The notes beneath the pieces were generated by a model, which saw only the letters and a list, made by a program, of their open reading frames with translations, did not search any database and had not been told where the DNA came from. Of a DNA stretch of 64,000 nucleotides, positions 25,876 through 39,794 are shown piece by piece. The first letter of the stretch is position 1; each line of letters starts with the position of its first letter. The translations under genes were made by a program, and so were the position numbers. The DNA is from Eledone cirrhosa. Lineage: Eukaryota. Where the stretch lies: positions 259,532,001-259,596,000 of the forward strand of contig OZ024740.1 of the NCBI GenBank assembly GCA_964016885.1. The letters run 5' to 3'.

Positions 25876-26862
25876 ATTAACCCTAATTTATATAACAATT
25901 ATTTGATACTCAATCTCCATTAATGTTAATTGGTGTGTATAGTAAATTTGCTTAATTATTATAGCATGCTTAATTATTGTATATAGTAGATTTGCTTAAT
26001 TATATACTGAATAACTCATGATTAATAATAATAAATAATTAAGTATAGTTAATAATAACAATTTTAGGAAGTCGTTAAATTTGATAACTTTAAGAAATCT
26101 AATATTTGTAGAATTACCAAATAAATGCTATTATGTTAATATAAATTGAATAAAATACCTTCTATTATTATTTCTGACTTGATATTGAATTTTTAGTATT
26201 CGAATAATATTTAGATAGATTCACACTTATAATAATATAGATTATTGCTTTTATATAAGTTAATTTAAGTACTGCTTATCCTATTATCAAATACTTGCTA
26301 TTGGAATAATATTTAAATAGATTCACACTTTCATTTACTAGAAACTATAATACAGTATTAACCAGATATATTATTTTAGTTGATTAATTTTCTTAAATGC
26401 ATAACACACAAATATATACTTCTTATATACAACACTATTTAAAATATATATATATATATTAAGGATTGTCATCTAACATGATTAAACAATATTACTGGCA
26501 CTTTATTTCACGTGGTCGATAAAATGAAGTACCAGTAATGCACTCGGGTCGATTTAATCGATTTCCCTTCCTCCAAAATCGTTGATCTTGTGCCTAAATC
26601 AAACCATTATTAAACAGTATTGATAGACACCATGCTTTGCAGCATAGTTATATCTCTTTACATTCTAAGTTCAAATTTTGCCGAGGAGTTTAGCTTTGCT
26701 TTTCATCCTTACGGGGTCAATAAAATAAAGCACCAGTAATACACTGGGAATGATTTAATCGACTTCCCCCTCCCCCAAAATTGCTGGCCTTGTGCCTATA
26801 GTAGAAATTATTAAACAGACCCAACTTAAGTGATTACTTCCCTTTGACCCTTGATATCTATA

Positions 26863-28267
26863 TCTATATTATAAAGCTGATGGCCGTATGTTTGTAACAA
26901 ACTTTTCACCAAACGGCTGGACCAAAAAGCACCAAATTTGGGCCATAGATGTAACTTTTTCCAAGTAAGAAAGTGAGGGTATTTTTGTCTTCTAGATTTT
27001 GTTAAAAGATTAAAGATATTTTATCGTTTATTTAAATATTCACTTCTTTAAAATTTTCAAATGTCAACACTTCCGGTTATACGACATTCCTCTCTCTTTC
27101 TTAGTCTGTCTTTTTAGATAGATACATAGCTATAACGTTGCACGCTTATAATATCTGTCTGTCTGGCTGCCTGTCTGCATTGACTTCGCTTCTAATCAAC
27201 TTTTAATTAATTCAGTGCAAAGATACCGCACACCATCTCAATAATTAATTATATATATATAATTAATAATAATAAATGTGAAGACTAAAATCCAAAGAGG
27301 GCTCGATAACGATAAATATATATCAAATATATAAGAAACCCAGAGCAAATATAGTTCTCATTGCTGACGTATTATCTTCGCTTTTTTCTGTTCATTGACA
27401 GGGAACGTCTTCACGAACCAAAGTATTGTTTTCCTGTTTTCCTTCGGTTGCAACGTTTTTCGAAATATTTACTTCTGCATTCACAGATTGATTTTTTTTT
27501 AGTTTCAGAAGATCCCGTTAAGGGTGAAAGCAGCGATTCTTTGCTTAAACTTTAATCTGTTATTTTAATATATATATATATATATATATATAATTATATA
27601 TTCGTGTACAGATATTTTTGCATACACAAAAACAAAATATAAACAAACGTATTTATTTCACGAAAGCACAGACGGCTTATCGTCATTGTTACTGCTGATA
27701 TGCCACCCAAAAAGTCCTAGCCTGGACGCAAGATCAGATTTTCCAGAAGAAAAAATGTTACTAGAGCAACAGAGAGACTAAGCTTCGCGATTGCCATCAA
27801 CAAAGCTCAGGGTCAAACCCTAAAAGTGGCTGGCCTTCATCTGGGAAAACCATGGTCAATTGTATGTAGGATGCTCTAGAGTGAGCTCGCCAAACAATCT
27901 CTTCATCTTTGCTCCTGAGGGCCGAACAAAAAATATTGTATACTCTGAGGCTCTAACAATGTAATTTATGTATTTTCTGTTACTTGGAATTTCCATTATG
28001 GCTGTACAAATTATTGTAAAGTTTGTTAAAAAAGTTGTTCTCTGTTCAGCCTTTATTGTTGTAACTATCAATTTTCTTTAACGTACTGGCTGCTGAACCG
28101 GGGAATCCTAAAAACTATTCAAACCCAACATCAGAGCACGTTAACCCCCCCCTCCTTGCTGACTTGAGAGGGCGGTGCGGTATCTTTGCACTGGAGTGGA
28201 GGGGGGATTCCTGAAAAGATAAAATGCTGGTATACCTAGCCGGGCGCCAGCCGGACGGGCCAGCTAG
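26863..28267 (+). mobile_element. Non-autonomous Helitron with helicase C-terminal remnant
   Basis: A|TCTATATTATAAA 5' end. ~27778-27963 encodes LSFAIAINKAQGQTL..GQLYVGCSRV..NIVYSEAL (Pif1-like motifs). The 3' end is GC-rich and finishes CTAG|T. Confidence 0.82.
27483..27559 (+). ncRNA. Hammerhead motif with a U4->A core change, in a pLTR-like insert
   Basis: AGUUU-CAGAAGA-UCCC(guuaa)GGGU-GAAA-GCA(gcgauucuu)UGC-UU^AAACU, with stem I extended by CAGAUUGA/UUAAUCUG. A related copy lacking the core lies at ~49760-49935. Confidence 0.65.
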
Positions 28268-29427
28268 TACATAATATAAAAGAGAAAAGTTTCTTGGTTG
28301 GTTGGTTGGTTTAATCGCACAAAAACTACACACACATCTAAAGGGAGAGAGATACTATTAAAGTGTTAGATATACAGATGGCGGGAGAGAGAGGCTGTGT
28401 GTAACTGTGAGACAACACTACGCTTTTGTAGCATTAAAGAGGGGGAAGAAAGTAACTATTGTTTCTGTGTGTGACATACCACAAAATTCTAGAATCATCT
28501 TAAACTATAGATGAAAGTATCAGATGAATGTTTAACAATATTGCGTTAGCTTTTATAAAGTTGTTTTTCCCCAGTCTTTGATTTCACAGAACACAGAAAC
28601 AATTGATACTATTTGAAATTAATCTACGGTGTACATTAATTTAGCTTTTTGAGGATAGTGTCACATGTTATTGACTTAATTCAGATGACAGTGTCAACCT
28701 ATTCTCTAAGGCTGCTATTTGCATTTATTTCTATTTTTTTAAATTGCTTTGTATTGGGGTTTTTTTCATAATATTTTCCGTGAAAATTAATTTCATCATG
28801 TCACCAAAACACCGCTCATCTATCGGTGAAATCTTCAAGCGAAAGAGAAACTCTCGAACAATATAAAAAAAAGACTTGGGGAATAAAGGGACAAGTCAAC
28901 ATTGTGACATTCAGCAGAATATGAGACAGGGAAACAAAGATTAAGGCAACAAGAAAGACGGTCGCAACTTTCTGAAAGTGAACAGAATCTGAGATGGGAA
29001 ACAGAAAGATTAAGACAAGAAGAAAGACGATCACAGCAAATGGAGGCTGAATATGAAAATCAATGAGAGTGTGATGCAAATACAATGAGCACAGAAGACT
29101 CTTCAAGGCAGAATATCCAATAAAGTCAATTTCTCTTCTACCTGTCTTCTCTTATCAACTGTCCAAAGCTGGGTACCTTAATTAGTTTTAAATATAATAT
29201 ATATATTTTTTAACCATAAATACTTAATTACATTAGTACTAACATATCCTTATCACATTAAATTAAATATTATTGGTTATGTAAATAAAGCTCAGGCTCA
29301 AAGTTTCAAAGTTGTAAAATTGAATATGAAAGAATTGATTTTTACCCCTGTAGGTTGTTCATGAGTAGGAACACCTAGAAATTTTCATATACTATGTACT
29401 AACAGTAAAATGAAGAATTTGGTGTAA

Positions 29428-30167
29428 CATCATCATCATCATCATCATCATCGTTTAACGTTCATCTTCTACACTAGCATGGGTTAGACAGTTTTGTTCC
29501 ATTTGATGTAGGAATGGTCGGAAGCGTCTCTGGCAGGTTTTTTACAGCTGGATGCCCTTCCTAACACCAACCACATTTACAGTGTGGACTGGGAGCCTTT
29601 TCACCATGTCTCTTACACGGCCACCTTACAGTGTGGACTGTTGTGTCATCGACACAGTGGGTGGAACAGGAGAGGTGTACATTGGGTTAAGAGGTGCCCA
29701 CTGACTTAGGTTTGTATGCAATGGCAGTCGGGTCTTCTGTACAACTGCATTGCGCCAAAGGTCTCAATCCAGTGTCATTGTCTTAGAGAGGTGTAGGTGA
29801 GCAAGGTCAGTTTTTATCACCTCGTCCCATGTTTTTCTACCCACTCCGCAGCTTCCATCAATTTTCATTGCCCTGCACTTTGTATACAGCTGTCGTCCTT
29901 CAAACGCATCACATGTCCATACCAATGCAATCTCCTCTCCAGAACACAATATTTGATACCTCTTATGCTTAGTCTCCCTCTTAATTCGTTTATGCTTCGC
30001 CTTTCGCGCACGTTACTATTACACATCCATCGGAGCATGCAAGCTTCATTTCTTTCTAATCTAATCAGGCCTTCAGCACACAATGCCCAAGTCTCAATAC
30101 TATGTAATATTTCCGTTCGTATACATGCATCATGTAATCTGCCTTTCATTTTTAGAGAAAAACCCCT
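29428..30167 (-). mobile_element. RTE LINE 3' fragment
   Basis: KGRLHDACIRT..ETW..RRLHWYGHVMRL plus the family tail. Confidence 0.88.
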
Positions 30168-31198
30168 GTGTATCTGGAAGAGTTTTTTACTGTTTCTTTT
30201 CTTTTGTCCCCACGGTCTCGCTTCATACTGTAAACCAGATAAACATGCAATACAATTATTTTCTCTTCTACTTGTCTTCTCTTATTATCTGTTTACCCAG
30301 GTGAAACTGGGTACAGCAGTTAGAATATCTATATATATATATATCAGCCAAACAAAGAAATGGGAGGACCCTTCAGTTATGTCAAGGACATGACAGCTTC
30401 CCTTGTGTTTGTGATCTATATGATAAATGCACCCAGTACACGCTGTAAAGTGGTTGGTGATCGGAAAGACATCCAGCCATAGAAAGCTTGGCAAACAGAG
30501 TTTGGAGGACCTTTCAGTTGTGTCAAAGACATGACAACTGCTCTTGTGCACTTGGTAGAATGTGAGATCATACATAAGTGAGATGCAGAACCCCTCCATC
30601 CTGTTTGGGAGATCAGTAACCCCGTTTCAATACTGACTTGGTCTATGTAGACCCATTGAACCCTTACTGGCAGGGAGTCCAATCTAATCCAGGGCCTTTT
30701 CACACCTGTTGGAGGAACCTCTTTCTACTTGACCTCTACTAGTTTCTGTCTGGTTTGGGTCATGTCTTCAGGGGTGTAGCTGTACTCACCATGCTTGGCC
30801 AATTGTGGATTGATGAGGCTATTTAACCCATAGTTGTGGTGGATGGCTGTTCATTTAGGGGAGTTCATCCACCCTTTTAACAACTTTTGTTTTTTTTCTG
30901 CTGCTGTTCCATTGACTTTCCTCACCAGGCCAGGGTTTGGTGGTGGAACCAGTTTAGTTGCCTCTTGACCATGAAGCATGTTGTACTGGGTTACATGGTA
31001 CCAGTAGCAAGCAAAAGCTTAAAGTGACCACACCAAGGTCTGGTAAGGGAGCTGGTTTAGTCTTCGACCATGAAGCAGTTTGTACTGGGTTACATGGTAC
31101 CAGTAACATGCTATCAAGGAAAGCAGATGTTAAATGATGATGACGGTGATAACAAAAGGGTTAAATAAGGGCGGTTTGGGGAGGAGACTGGTGTTTAA

Positions 31199-31704
31199 CC
31201 TGTTGACTGCTGCATATATTTTACACAATTACAGTTGCTGTGTTGGTTTGTTTTTTCAGTAAAATGACTGATTTTTTAAAAGAAACATTTATTAACAACA
31301 CAAGGCTTCAACATCATTTAAACTATATAAAATCAGAAAAACATCAAGAATACAGTATTTAAGGTTAGTTACTAAACTAAGTAAAATCACTATCTAATTC
31401 ACTATTATAATCCTCATCATCAGAACCGTGAGGAAATATCATTTCCAAAACATCTTTTACAGTTACTGTTTTTCTTGACGCCATCTTACCGTTCAAATCA
31501 CACGCATACAATAAGAATAATAATGACAAAAATATCTTAAATGATCACAGGAAAAAAAATCATGCGTTTATTTATTTGGTAATCCTACGTCATATCTGAA
31601 TGATTGATACTAGTAAACCCATCTAGTTTTGAAGTTATGAACTGTTGGAAACAAGTTCAAATATGTTAGGACAAGTTATCTCAGCCATGGCATCAGTGAA
31701 GAGG
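31199..31704. mobile_element. TTAA-flanked MITE (piggyBac-like)
   Basis: TTAA on both sides and imperfect 15-bp TIRs CCTGTTGACTGCTGC / GCATCAGTGAAGAGG. Confidence 0.55.
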
Positions 31705-31743
31705 TTAAAGGTCAGTTATCATTTACTTAATTTGTATAGTTAC

Positions 31744-31955
31744 ATGTGTGTGTGTGTATTGAACAATGAAAATAAAATAAAAGTCGAAGGTAGGTAATTA
31801 ATTAGTTCATTGTTTTACAATCATTTCAAAGCGTTGATTGATCATGGTAGATCTACCACAACCAATCGACCCTCTGAAATGATCATAAAACAATGAAATA
31901 ATTAACTACCTATCTTTGACTTTTGGTTTATTTTCATTGATCAATACACACACAT
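31744..31955. repeat. ~210-bp imperfect palindrome centred on GGTAGATCTACC, carrying hammerhead 3' halves
   Basis: The arms pair along their whole length. The arms read GAAA-TGATCA-TA and GAAA-TGATTG-TA, flanked by (TG)n/(CA)n. Confidence 0.85.
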
Positions 31956-32130
31956 ATAAATGACTCTGTAACTAGAGCAGATTCTTTAAGGAAACCTTAT
32001 GCGATGAGCACCTCCCACAAAAACTATAGGACTCACCAGCTAATCTTGCTGAACCATCTCTTCAACGCCATATTGAGTTCTAACAACATTATTGGCCCCA
32101 CCACAAAAAAGTGGAAACCAATATATTTAT

Positions 32131-32798
32131 TTACATTAAGATACAAAACTTGCTTTTGCGGGTGTCTTTATTGTTAGAGTCAGAAGAAGATTTTACCTCC
32201 AGGATGTCATTTACCTTATGTACAACATCAAAGACTGCATTTACTGCTGCATCAATATCACCATTCTGCACAGCAGTTGCTGCTGCAGCTGTAGTTTTTG
32301 CAATATTTCCCACTGACGTGGAAGATTTCTCAATAAGATGTTGAGTTAAAGCTACCACCATTATGTTAGCCACAAAACTAGAAGCAATTCTCAAAGCAAT
32401 CAACTTCTCGTTCTCTTCACTCAGCAATTTACCATTTATTATTCCTCCATCCGATGATCCTTGTTTATTAAAAGACCCATCTTTAGTCTCATTCATATTT
32501 TGAATTCTTTCCTTCAAACTTTCACCATCTGTGCTGGCTATATTATCTTTGTCTTTTACTGATGCACTTTGATCTTCCATGTTGTTGTCATTGTTTTTAG
32601 TGTCTTCATCTAGTTTCCATTTTATTTGATGTGCAGATTTCTTCTTGTTCTTTGGAACTGCCATATTTATAGGATATTTTACTACTGCTGGATAGCTGTC
32701 TGGGATCAATAGACTCTCTTCACTCTGTGAACAGATTTCTTCTGTCTTGGAGAGAATTAATTCCATCATTACGAGGATGGAACCAATAGACTTCTGAA
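32131..32798 (-). CDS. Roc-COR-like gene, terminal exon ending in CaaX (RKSKFCILM*)
   Basis: tttgtag| acceptor, phase 1 matching the upstream exon, open for 668 nt. Confidence 0.8.
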
Positions 32799-32849
32799 CT
32801 ACAAACAACAATGAAAGAGAAGAAATTAAAAAAATTCATCAATATTTAA

Positions 32850-33048
32850 CCCTTCATATTGCCTATGATTTTTAAAATAATAAAAAAGTTTAGAGGAATT
32901 TAGTATTATAACTAACATTCTTATAAACAAGGTGGTGTTTGGTGCATAGCTTAACAAAGGTTCTTATCTAAAGACCTTTCATTATAATTTTATCTAAGTA
33001 TAAATAGCTGGATATCATAAAAGCTGAGCTAGTTTGGTAATAAAAGGG
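32850..33048. mobile_element. TTAA-flanked MITE (piggyBac-like)
   Basis: TTAA|CCCTT...AAGGG|TTAA. A similar TTAA|CTCTTT...AAAGAG|TTAA unit lies at 39054-39149. Confidence 0.55.
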
Positions 33049-33677
33049 TTAATTGGAATTAAATCAACCAAACTGAAAATATTAAGGAATCAGTCATTAT
33101 TTCTACTGGCATATGTTTTGTGGATGTAAGTATAGCTGAGCAGTTAAGAAATTTGTTTCCCATCATGAGGGCTCTGGTTTACTTCCACTACTAATAATAA
33201 TAATAATGACCATTTTCAAAGTAAATATGGCAAGAGATGAGAGACAAAAAAGTGTGAAGAGGTCCATTACCCTGCAGTGGATGAGACAATATCTGTCACA
33301 CTCAATACCCACACCCTATAAAGTACTGAATGAACACATTGAGACAACATTGGTGCCATGATAGACTGCACTCAGTACACTCTGTAATGTGGTAGTGCTG
33401 GTGCCACAATAAAATACACCTTATAAGGTAATCAGTGTTAGGAAGAGTGTCCAGCTTTAAAATCCATGACAAATATGAAATGCATGAGCAAGATGGTCTC
33501 TCTGGCTTGTTTTAGTCTTGGATTGTGATAACCGAGCCAATACATACCAGTATGGAAGACAGATGTAAAATGATGATAATTTTTTTTTTAATACTGGCAT
33601 GGGTTGGACATGTCTATCCTTCTGAGATATAAATGTACAGGCAGTGATAGATTGCCAATTCACCACTAAAAACTTAC

Positions 33678-34185
33678 CTTCAAATGGAAAAAGGTGATCA
33701 ACTTTCAAAAGTCTTTCTCTTTCTGTGTTTCCAATAATCAAAGGTTTTCTGTGGGTCCATGCTTTGAGACAGCTCCCTGTTGAGAAGACATGTTGATGGG
33801 TGGAATCTGTAGCACTCTCGATGGGATCATAGAAATATTTACCTAATGGTACAAGATAAGTACTGTACATCAGTCCATGGAAGGAACTCAGCATAGAAAT
33901 GGCTGCAACAATAAGAGGGGCCATTCTAAGCCATGTTATGCGTATGGCTGTAGCTTCGCTTCCATGGAAATCTGTATTGATACGACCAGTGATATGGAAA
34001 CGTTTGATATTTCCTAAGGTGTACTCTATACAGAGCATTACTTCCCTTGCACGTATCAAGACTCCATGCTTCCAAATGTGTTGGTAGGTTGCATGCTTAT
34101 GCACAGCTTGGTGGCAACAACACAGCAGTCGCTGCATCAGACCTTCTGGGGGGTCACCCAAGATAAAACGAAACCAGCAGCTGAT
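33678..34185 (-). CDS. Roc-COR-like gene exon (COR C-terminal lobe)
   Basis: ttttcag|ISCWFRFILGDPPEGLMQRL..IWKHGV..FHGLMYSTYL..HVF..|gtaagt, phase 0/1. Resembles the MFHAS1 motifs FPLGLFAR and WPGLHY. Confidence 0.82.
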
Positions 34186-34249
34186 CTGAAAAGAGAAATT
34201 ACACCCATGAAAGAGTGATCAATATCTGGAAGAAAGGAGTCAGCAAGAC

Positions 34250-35415
34250 ATCATCATCAGACCGTTTAATGTCTATTTTCGATGGTTTAGATGGATTGTT
34301 ATGTTATGAGACAAGTCAGGTCAAATGACCCTGCTTTGCTTATACAGAACTGTTTCTGTGGTTGGATGCCCTTCCTAATACCAACCTCATTACAGTGTGG
34401 GCTTTTCTTTTTTTTATCATGGCAGCAAAACTACCATCTGATAGGGTGGACTGGGTGCTTTTTTATCATGGCACCAATATGACCATCTGACTGCGTTTTT
34501 TCTCATGGCTGGCACCAAAATAACCATTTGACAGGGCAAACTAGGTGCTTTTTGTCGTGTCACCAGCATGACCACCTTACAGAGTGGACTAAGTGCTTTT
34601 TGTTGTAGCAGGACTGTGGGAGAGCAAGTGTGGAACATGTCCAGTTTTCCATGCTTGTATGAATTGGTTGGACAGGAGGGGTGAAACAAGTATGCAGGCT
34701 AGGGATAGGGGAGTATTAAGATGTGGGGAGGTGTATGAGCAGGGGAGTGGGAGTATTAGTGCAGATTAGTGTCTTCTAGATGTTTGCTTCATCCTGTGCA
34801 CATGAGAAGGTGGGCCTTCTGCAGTACAACATACCATCAGAGGTCTCAATCATGTGTCATCACCTTTGAAAGGTTTAATTGTAGAAGGTTAGCTTTTATC
34901 AAGTCATCCAAAGTTTTCCTGGATCTTTCTCTTCCATAATTTTCTTCAACTTCAAGCACTCTGCACCTTTTTATACAGCTGTCATCCTCCATATGCAATC
35001 ACATGTCTGAACCATTGCAATCTCCTCTCTTGCACACTGTATCTGATCCCTCTTATGCCTAATTTCTCTCATAGTTTATTGATGCTTCACCATTCATGTA
35101 TACTACTATTACACGTCCATCAAAGCAAGCAAGCTTCATTTCTTTCTAGGTCTCACTTCCATGCAACATTACTGTTCACACACAAGCATCATACAATCTG
35201 CTTTTCATTTTGAGAGGGAACCTTTTTGTAGCAAGCAGCATTTAATCCTGTTCACACTCTGACTACTCTGCTTTCAGAACACCCACTTCCACTGTTAATA
35301 TGGTCACTCGGGTAACAGAAGCTACCAACTACTTCTACAAAGCTATCTGAGCATTTGATAACGCTTGTTTCCTGTGAGCTCTTACTGCTCATGTGCATCG
35401 ACCACATATGAAACC
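34250..35415 (-). mobile_element. Old RTE LINE 3' fragment in intron
   Basis: Degenerate homology to the RT C-terminus and tail of the 14748 family. Confidence 0.75.
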
Positions 35416-36046
35416 TTATATATATATATATACATAATTAGTAGATGAAATTTTTTTTTTTTAATGTATTTTTGCAATGCATATTTTAGCAATGCTTACT
35501 TTTAATATATGGTAAATTTTTACACCTAAATATAATTTTTGAAAAAATAAAGCTCCACAAATTATAGTTTATAACCTATATAGTATTTGAGCTATTTAAG
35601 GTGTAATATGACTGAAATAGTTTCATTTTAATCTATTCTTTAGCACTAACACTGTATAGTTAGGTTGGATAGTTTGTCAGGGTCTAAGACTAAATGGATT
35701 CATAAGTCAAGTTTTTCTCATATATTCTATTTCTGTCATAATTTCTACAGCTGAATGCCCTTCTTAGTGTCAACTATTTTAGAGAGAGTACAGGGTACAT
35801 TATATTGTCGCATCAACACTGGTGAGTTTGCTTTGAATCATCATCATCATCATTTTACGTCTACTGTTCAATGCTTCCATGGGTTGGATGGGTCTTTTTC
35901 AATACAACATCTCTCCACTTGTCACATTCCTTTGTCATCTCTTAATACAACCCAAACACATAAATTAAGTGTATTTAGTTCTTCTAAATATTTCATCTTG
36001 TGTACATCAGAACATCATAGCATAGAAAATTTAATTTCTTCATCTC

Positions 36047-38288
36047 AGAGCTGCAACACTTAATGTTGACACTCTCACAGGTAGATCTGGTGAAATAGCG
36101 GAGATGCTGGAGAGAAGGCATGTGGATGTGTGCTGCGTGCAAGAGGTGAGATGGAGAGGTGCCTCTGCGAGATTAGCCGCAGGCAAACAACTTAGCTATA
36201 AGCTTTTCTGGGTAGGTAAGGATGATGGGTTGGGGGAGTAGGCATTTTCCTGACTGAGAGATGGATCAATAAGACAATAGAGGTAGTTTGAGTTAATAAT
36301 CGAATAATTAAGCTTAGATTAGTTGTAGGCAGGAGACTACAGACAATCATCTCTGCCTATGCTCCCCAAGCAGGCCTAGGTAAAGAAGAGAAAGACTGCT
36401 TTTACGAGCCACTTTTATAAACAGCCGCAATGACAGAGGATGGAGACATCGTTATGCTAGAAGGTCATGTTGGACAGCTCCAGGATAGTTACACTGGGGT
36501 ACATGGTGGGCACGGTTACGGCTCAAGAAATGAAGAAGGAGTGAGACTTCTTGAATTTTGTGATGCAAGTACACTGACTATTTGCAACACTAACTTCCAG
36601 AAACCTGCCAACCACCTAATAACCTACAAATCAGGCGAGCACATAAGCCAGATTGACTTCTTACTAGTAAGGCAGCGGGATAGGCAGATGGTGTCAAATA
36701 CCAAGGCATACCCTGGGGAAGAATGTACCCCACAGCATAGGTTAGTGGTTAGTGATATCTCAGTAAGCAAGAGGTAGAATGAGATATACAGGAAGGTGTG
36801 GAAAAGAAAGGTCTGGAAGTTAAAAGACCTTTCACTAAAATACAAATTTAGGAAAGCCCTTCAAGATGTGTATGACGAAAAAGAAGACAATTTAGAGTCG
36901 TATGACATAGATAATAACTGGAATTTCTTACGTGACAACTTACTGCAGGCTACTGATTAAACTTGTGGCTGGAGCAGAGCTCCAACCAGACAGAGAGTGA
37001 CCTGGTGGTGGAACAGCACAGTAGATAGGGCCATTAGAGACAAAAGACTAGCATGGAAGGCTTGGAAAAAGGGTGGGAGTAGAGAAGGATATACAGCCGC
37101 TAAGAGAGAAGCTAGACATCGGGTGTACTTAGCATACAGGGAGGCTGAGAGTAGGAGGTTTGCCAATGTTCTGCGACGAGGAGTTCATCAAGGTACGGTT
37201 CTCAGCCTGCTCTTGTTCATTATAGTCCTCCAAGCCATAACAAAGGAGTTTAAGACTGGCTGTCCATGAGAACTTCTCTATACTGACGATCTGGTTCTTA
37301 TAGGAGAATCAGTAGAGGAGCTAGAGAATAAATTCTGGCTATGGAAACAGCAGTTGGAAGCAAGAGGACTGAGAGCGAACTTAGCTAAGACTTAGTGTTG
37401 ATGAGTAGAAAACTTAGTGTTGATGAGTAGAAAAGAGGACAAATCTCTGATTCCGTCAGGGAAATGGCCATGTTCGATATGCAGAAAAGGAACTGGCATA
37501 AATTCTATAAAATGCACACAATGCAGATCCTGGATACACAAGAGATGTAGTGGGATAGCAGGCAAACAAACAGGTAGGGAGAAATATGTATGCAGTAGAT
37601 ATACAGGGAAATTAGACAGTAGAAGTCGCATTGATAGACACATTTTTCAAATGCAGGCGGGTGCTATAGAAGTGGTGAATAGCTTCCGACACCTAGGAGA
37701 TCAGATTAGCATGGGAGGAGGGTGTTCCGAGGCCATAGTATCTAGAATAAGGACAGGTTGGAAGAAGTTTAGGGAGCTGCTTCTTCTGCTGACGAAGAAG
37801 GGTTTCTCCCTGCATACAAAAGGCCGGTTATATGATGCTTGTGTGAGGAGCACAATGCTGTATGGTAGTGAGACATGGGCAGCAACTGCAGAGGATATGC
37901 TGGAGAGAAATGAGGCAAGCATACTCCGTTGGATGTGCAATGTCAATGTGCATGAACAGCCCATCATGGATGTGTTGAGAGAGAAACTGTGTCTGAGAGG
38001 GATAGAATGTAGTGTGCGAGAGAGGAGACTGCGGTGGTATGGACATGTGATGCGCATGGAGGATGACCGATGGGTGAAGAAGTGCCAGGAAATGCCAGTT
38101 GAAGGAAGACATGGTAGAGGTAGACCACGAAAAAGATGGGCGGATGTGGTGAGAACAGACCTCAGATCGCTGAAGCTCACGGTGGAGATGACGAAGGACC
38201 ATGACAAGTGGAGAGATGCTGTGCTTAATAAGACCCATCCCACCCTTGCAAGCAGGGAAAAGCGGACGTAAAATGATGATGATGATGT
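36047..38288 (+). mobile_element. RTE LINE (APE endonuclease and RT) with internal deletion
   Basis: VCCVQEVRW, ISAYAPQ, SQIDFLL, QHRLVV, then a jump at ~37180 to GVHQG, YTDDL, C4HC3 insert and GRPRKRW. Ends GGACGTAAAATGATGATG. Confidence 0.92.
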
Positions 38289-38531
38289 AACATTTTACAT
38301 TCAGGATAAAACCTTGATTCACAAATCTTGATCTGTTGCTATAAAGAACTAGGGTCAAGTTTTACATGGGGTACATGGAAAAATCCTAAATTTTTTACAA
38401 AAAAATAAGGAGTTAACTTTTACATGAAATACATGGAAAAATCCTAATTTTGGGACAAAACAAATAGTGGTGGGGTTGACTTTTACATGGGATTGACTTT
38501 TACATGAGTATATATATGGTATATTTCTCAC

Positions 38532-39029
38532 CTGTAAGTCTCCTGGATATGGTTTAGGGGTCCAATTGAGCTGAGGTCGAAGGTCATTGAAACAATCAGT
38601 AACAGAGGCATAGTAATATTTGTTTGGTGAAAGTGCTGGGTAAGTGGGTAGTGATAAAGTTGTTAACGATGAGCCATATAGACTAGGGTGGAGAGGTAAT
38701 AGCATACCTAGACTGACAAAGACTTGCAATAACAGTTTCACTTGACCATCATTTAATGGCTGGAACTCCTGCCATAAAACTGGGAACAATGTCTCTGGAA
38801 TAATCCCTCGCACGTGGACCATTTCTAAAATTTGAACCAGGCTCTCAGCACTTGGTTTGTTTAGCTTGTCTGGCCAAAAGTGACTGGACGTTAATCGAAA
38901 TACCTGAGCCTCTTCTCCAATATGAAACCGACAAAGGAGCTTCAGGAACATAATGGGATTCACACAGATGAGGTGTTCTTTGAGGTCAAGTTGGTTCCAT
39001 CCACATTTCTGTAGGTCAAGGATATCTCC
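38532..39029 (-). CDS. Roc-COR-like gene exon (COR)
   Basis: ctttag|GDILDLQ..LICVNPIMFLKLLCRF..RGIIPETLFPVLW..LLQVFVSLGMLLP..PGDLQ|gtgaga, phase 0/0. Confidence 0.85.
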
Positions 39030-39229
39030 CTAAAGAAAGAATCAAGAATTTAACTCTTTTGATATGACATCACCTGAAATTGACCCTCGTTCTACAATAT
39101 AAAACTGATTTTAGATATTTTCTGCTAAATAATTACAGGATGTAAAGAGTTAATTAACAATCAAGTATACACAATATTATTTTTAGTATAATTGACAGCA
39201 TTACATTAAAATTGAAAGTTATTATTATA

Positions 39230-39770
39230 GTTTACTGCAAATTTTCACAATGATCTGTCCACTAATAAAGATCCTATAAACATTTGAATTAACAAAGTCC
39301 ATGAAACCACATTAGTAAGGCATTCTTGATAAGCACAAAACAGTACTATGACTGCAACTGCAAATTTCCACAATGATCTGTCTATTAGTAAAGATACTAT
39401 AAACATTTGAATGAACAGACTGCATCAAACCACATTAATAAGACATTCTTGAAAAGTACAAACCAGCACTATGACTGCACTATATTGTAAATCATCTTTA
39501 CTGCAAAATTTTCATAATGATCTGTCTATTAGTAAAGATACTATAAATATTTGAATTACCAAACCCATTTTAGACATTTTCAGCTAAATCATTACAGGAT
39601 ATTAAGAGTTAAATAACAAATATACAACATTAGAAAAAAATTCTGCATTGAAAATTATATTTTTATGCTAATGCTGCAAAATTTCACAAGTAAATATATT
39701 ATAAACATTTCAAGAAACAAACCAATTTTTAGACATTTTCTGCTAAATCATTGCAGGATATTATGGGTTA
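39230..39770. repeat. Tandem ~120-140-bp units of a dispersed repeat
   Basis: CTGCAAATTTTCACAATGATCTGTCCACTAATAAAGATACTATAAACATTTGAATT recurs at ~39235, 39358 and 39501. Also at ~20985, 51015-51285 and 53775. Confidence 0.8.
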
Positions 39771-39794
39771 AAACAACAAAACCAAACAACTCAC

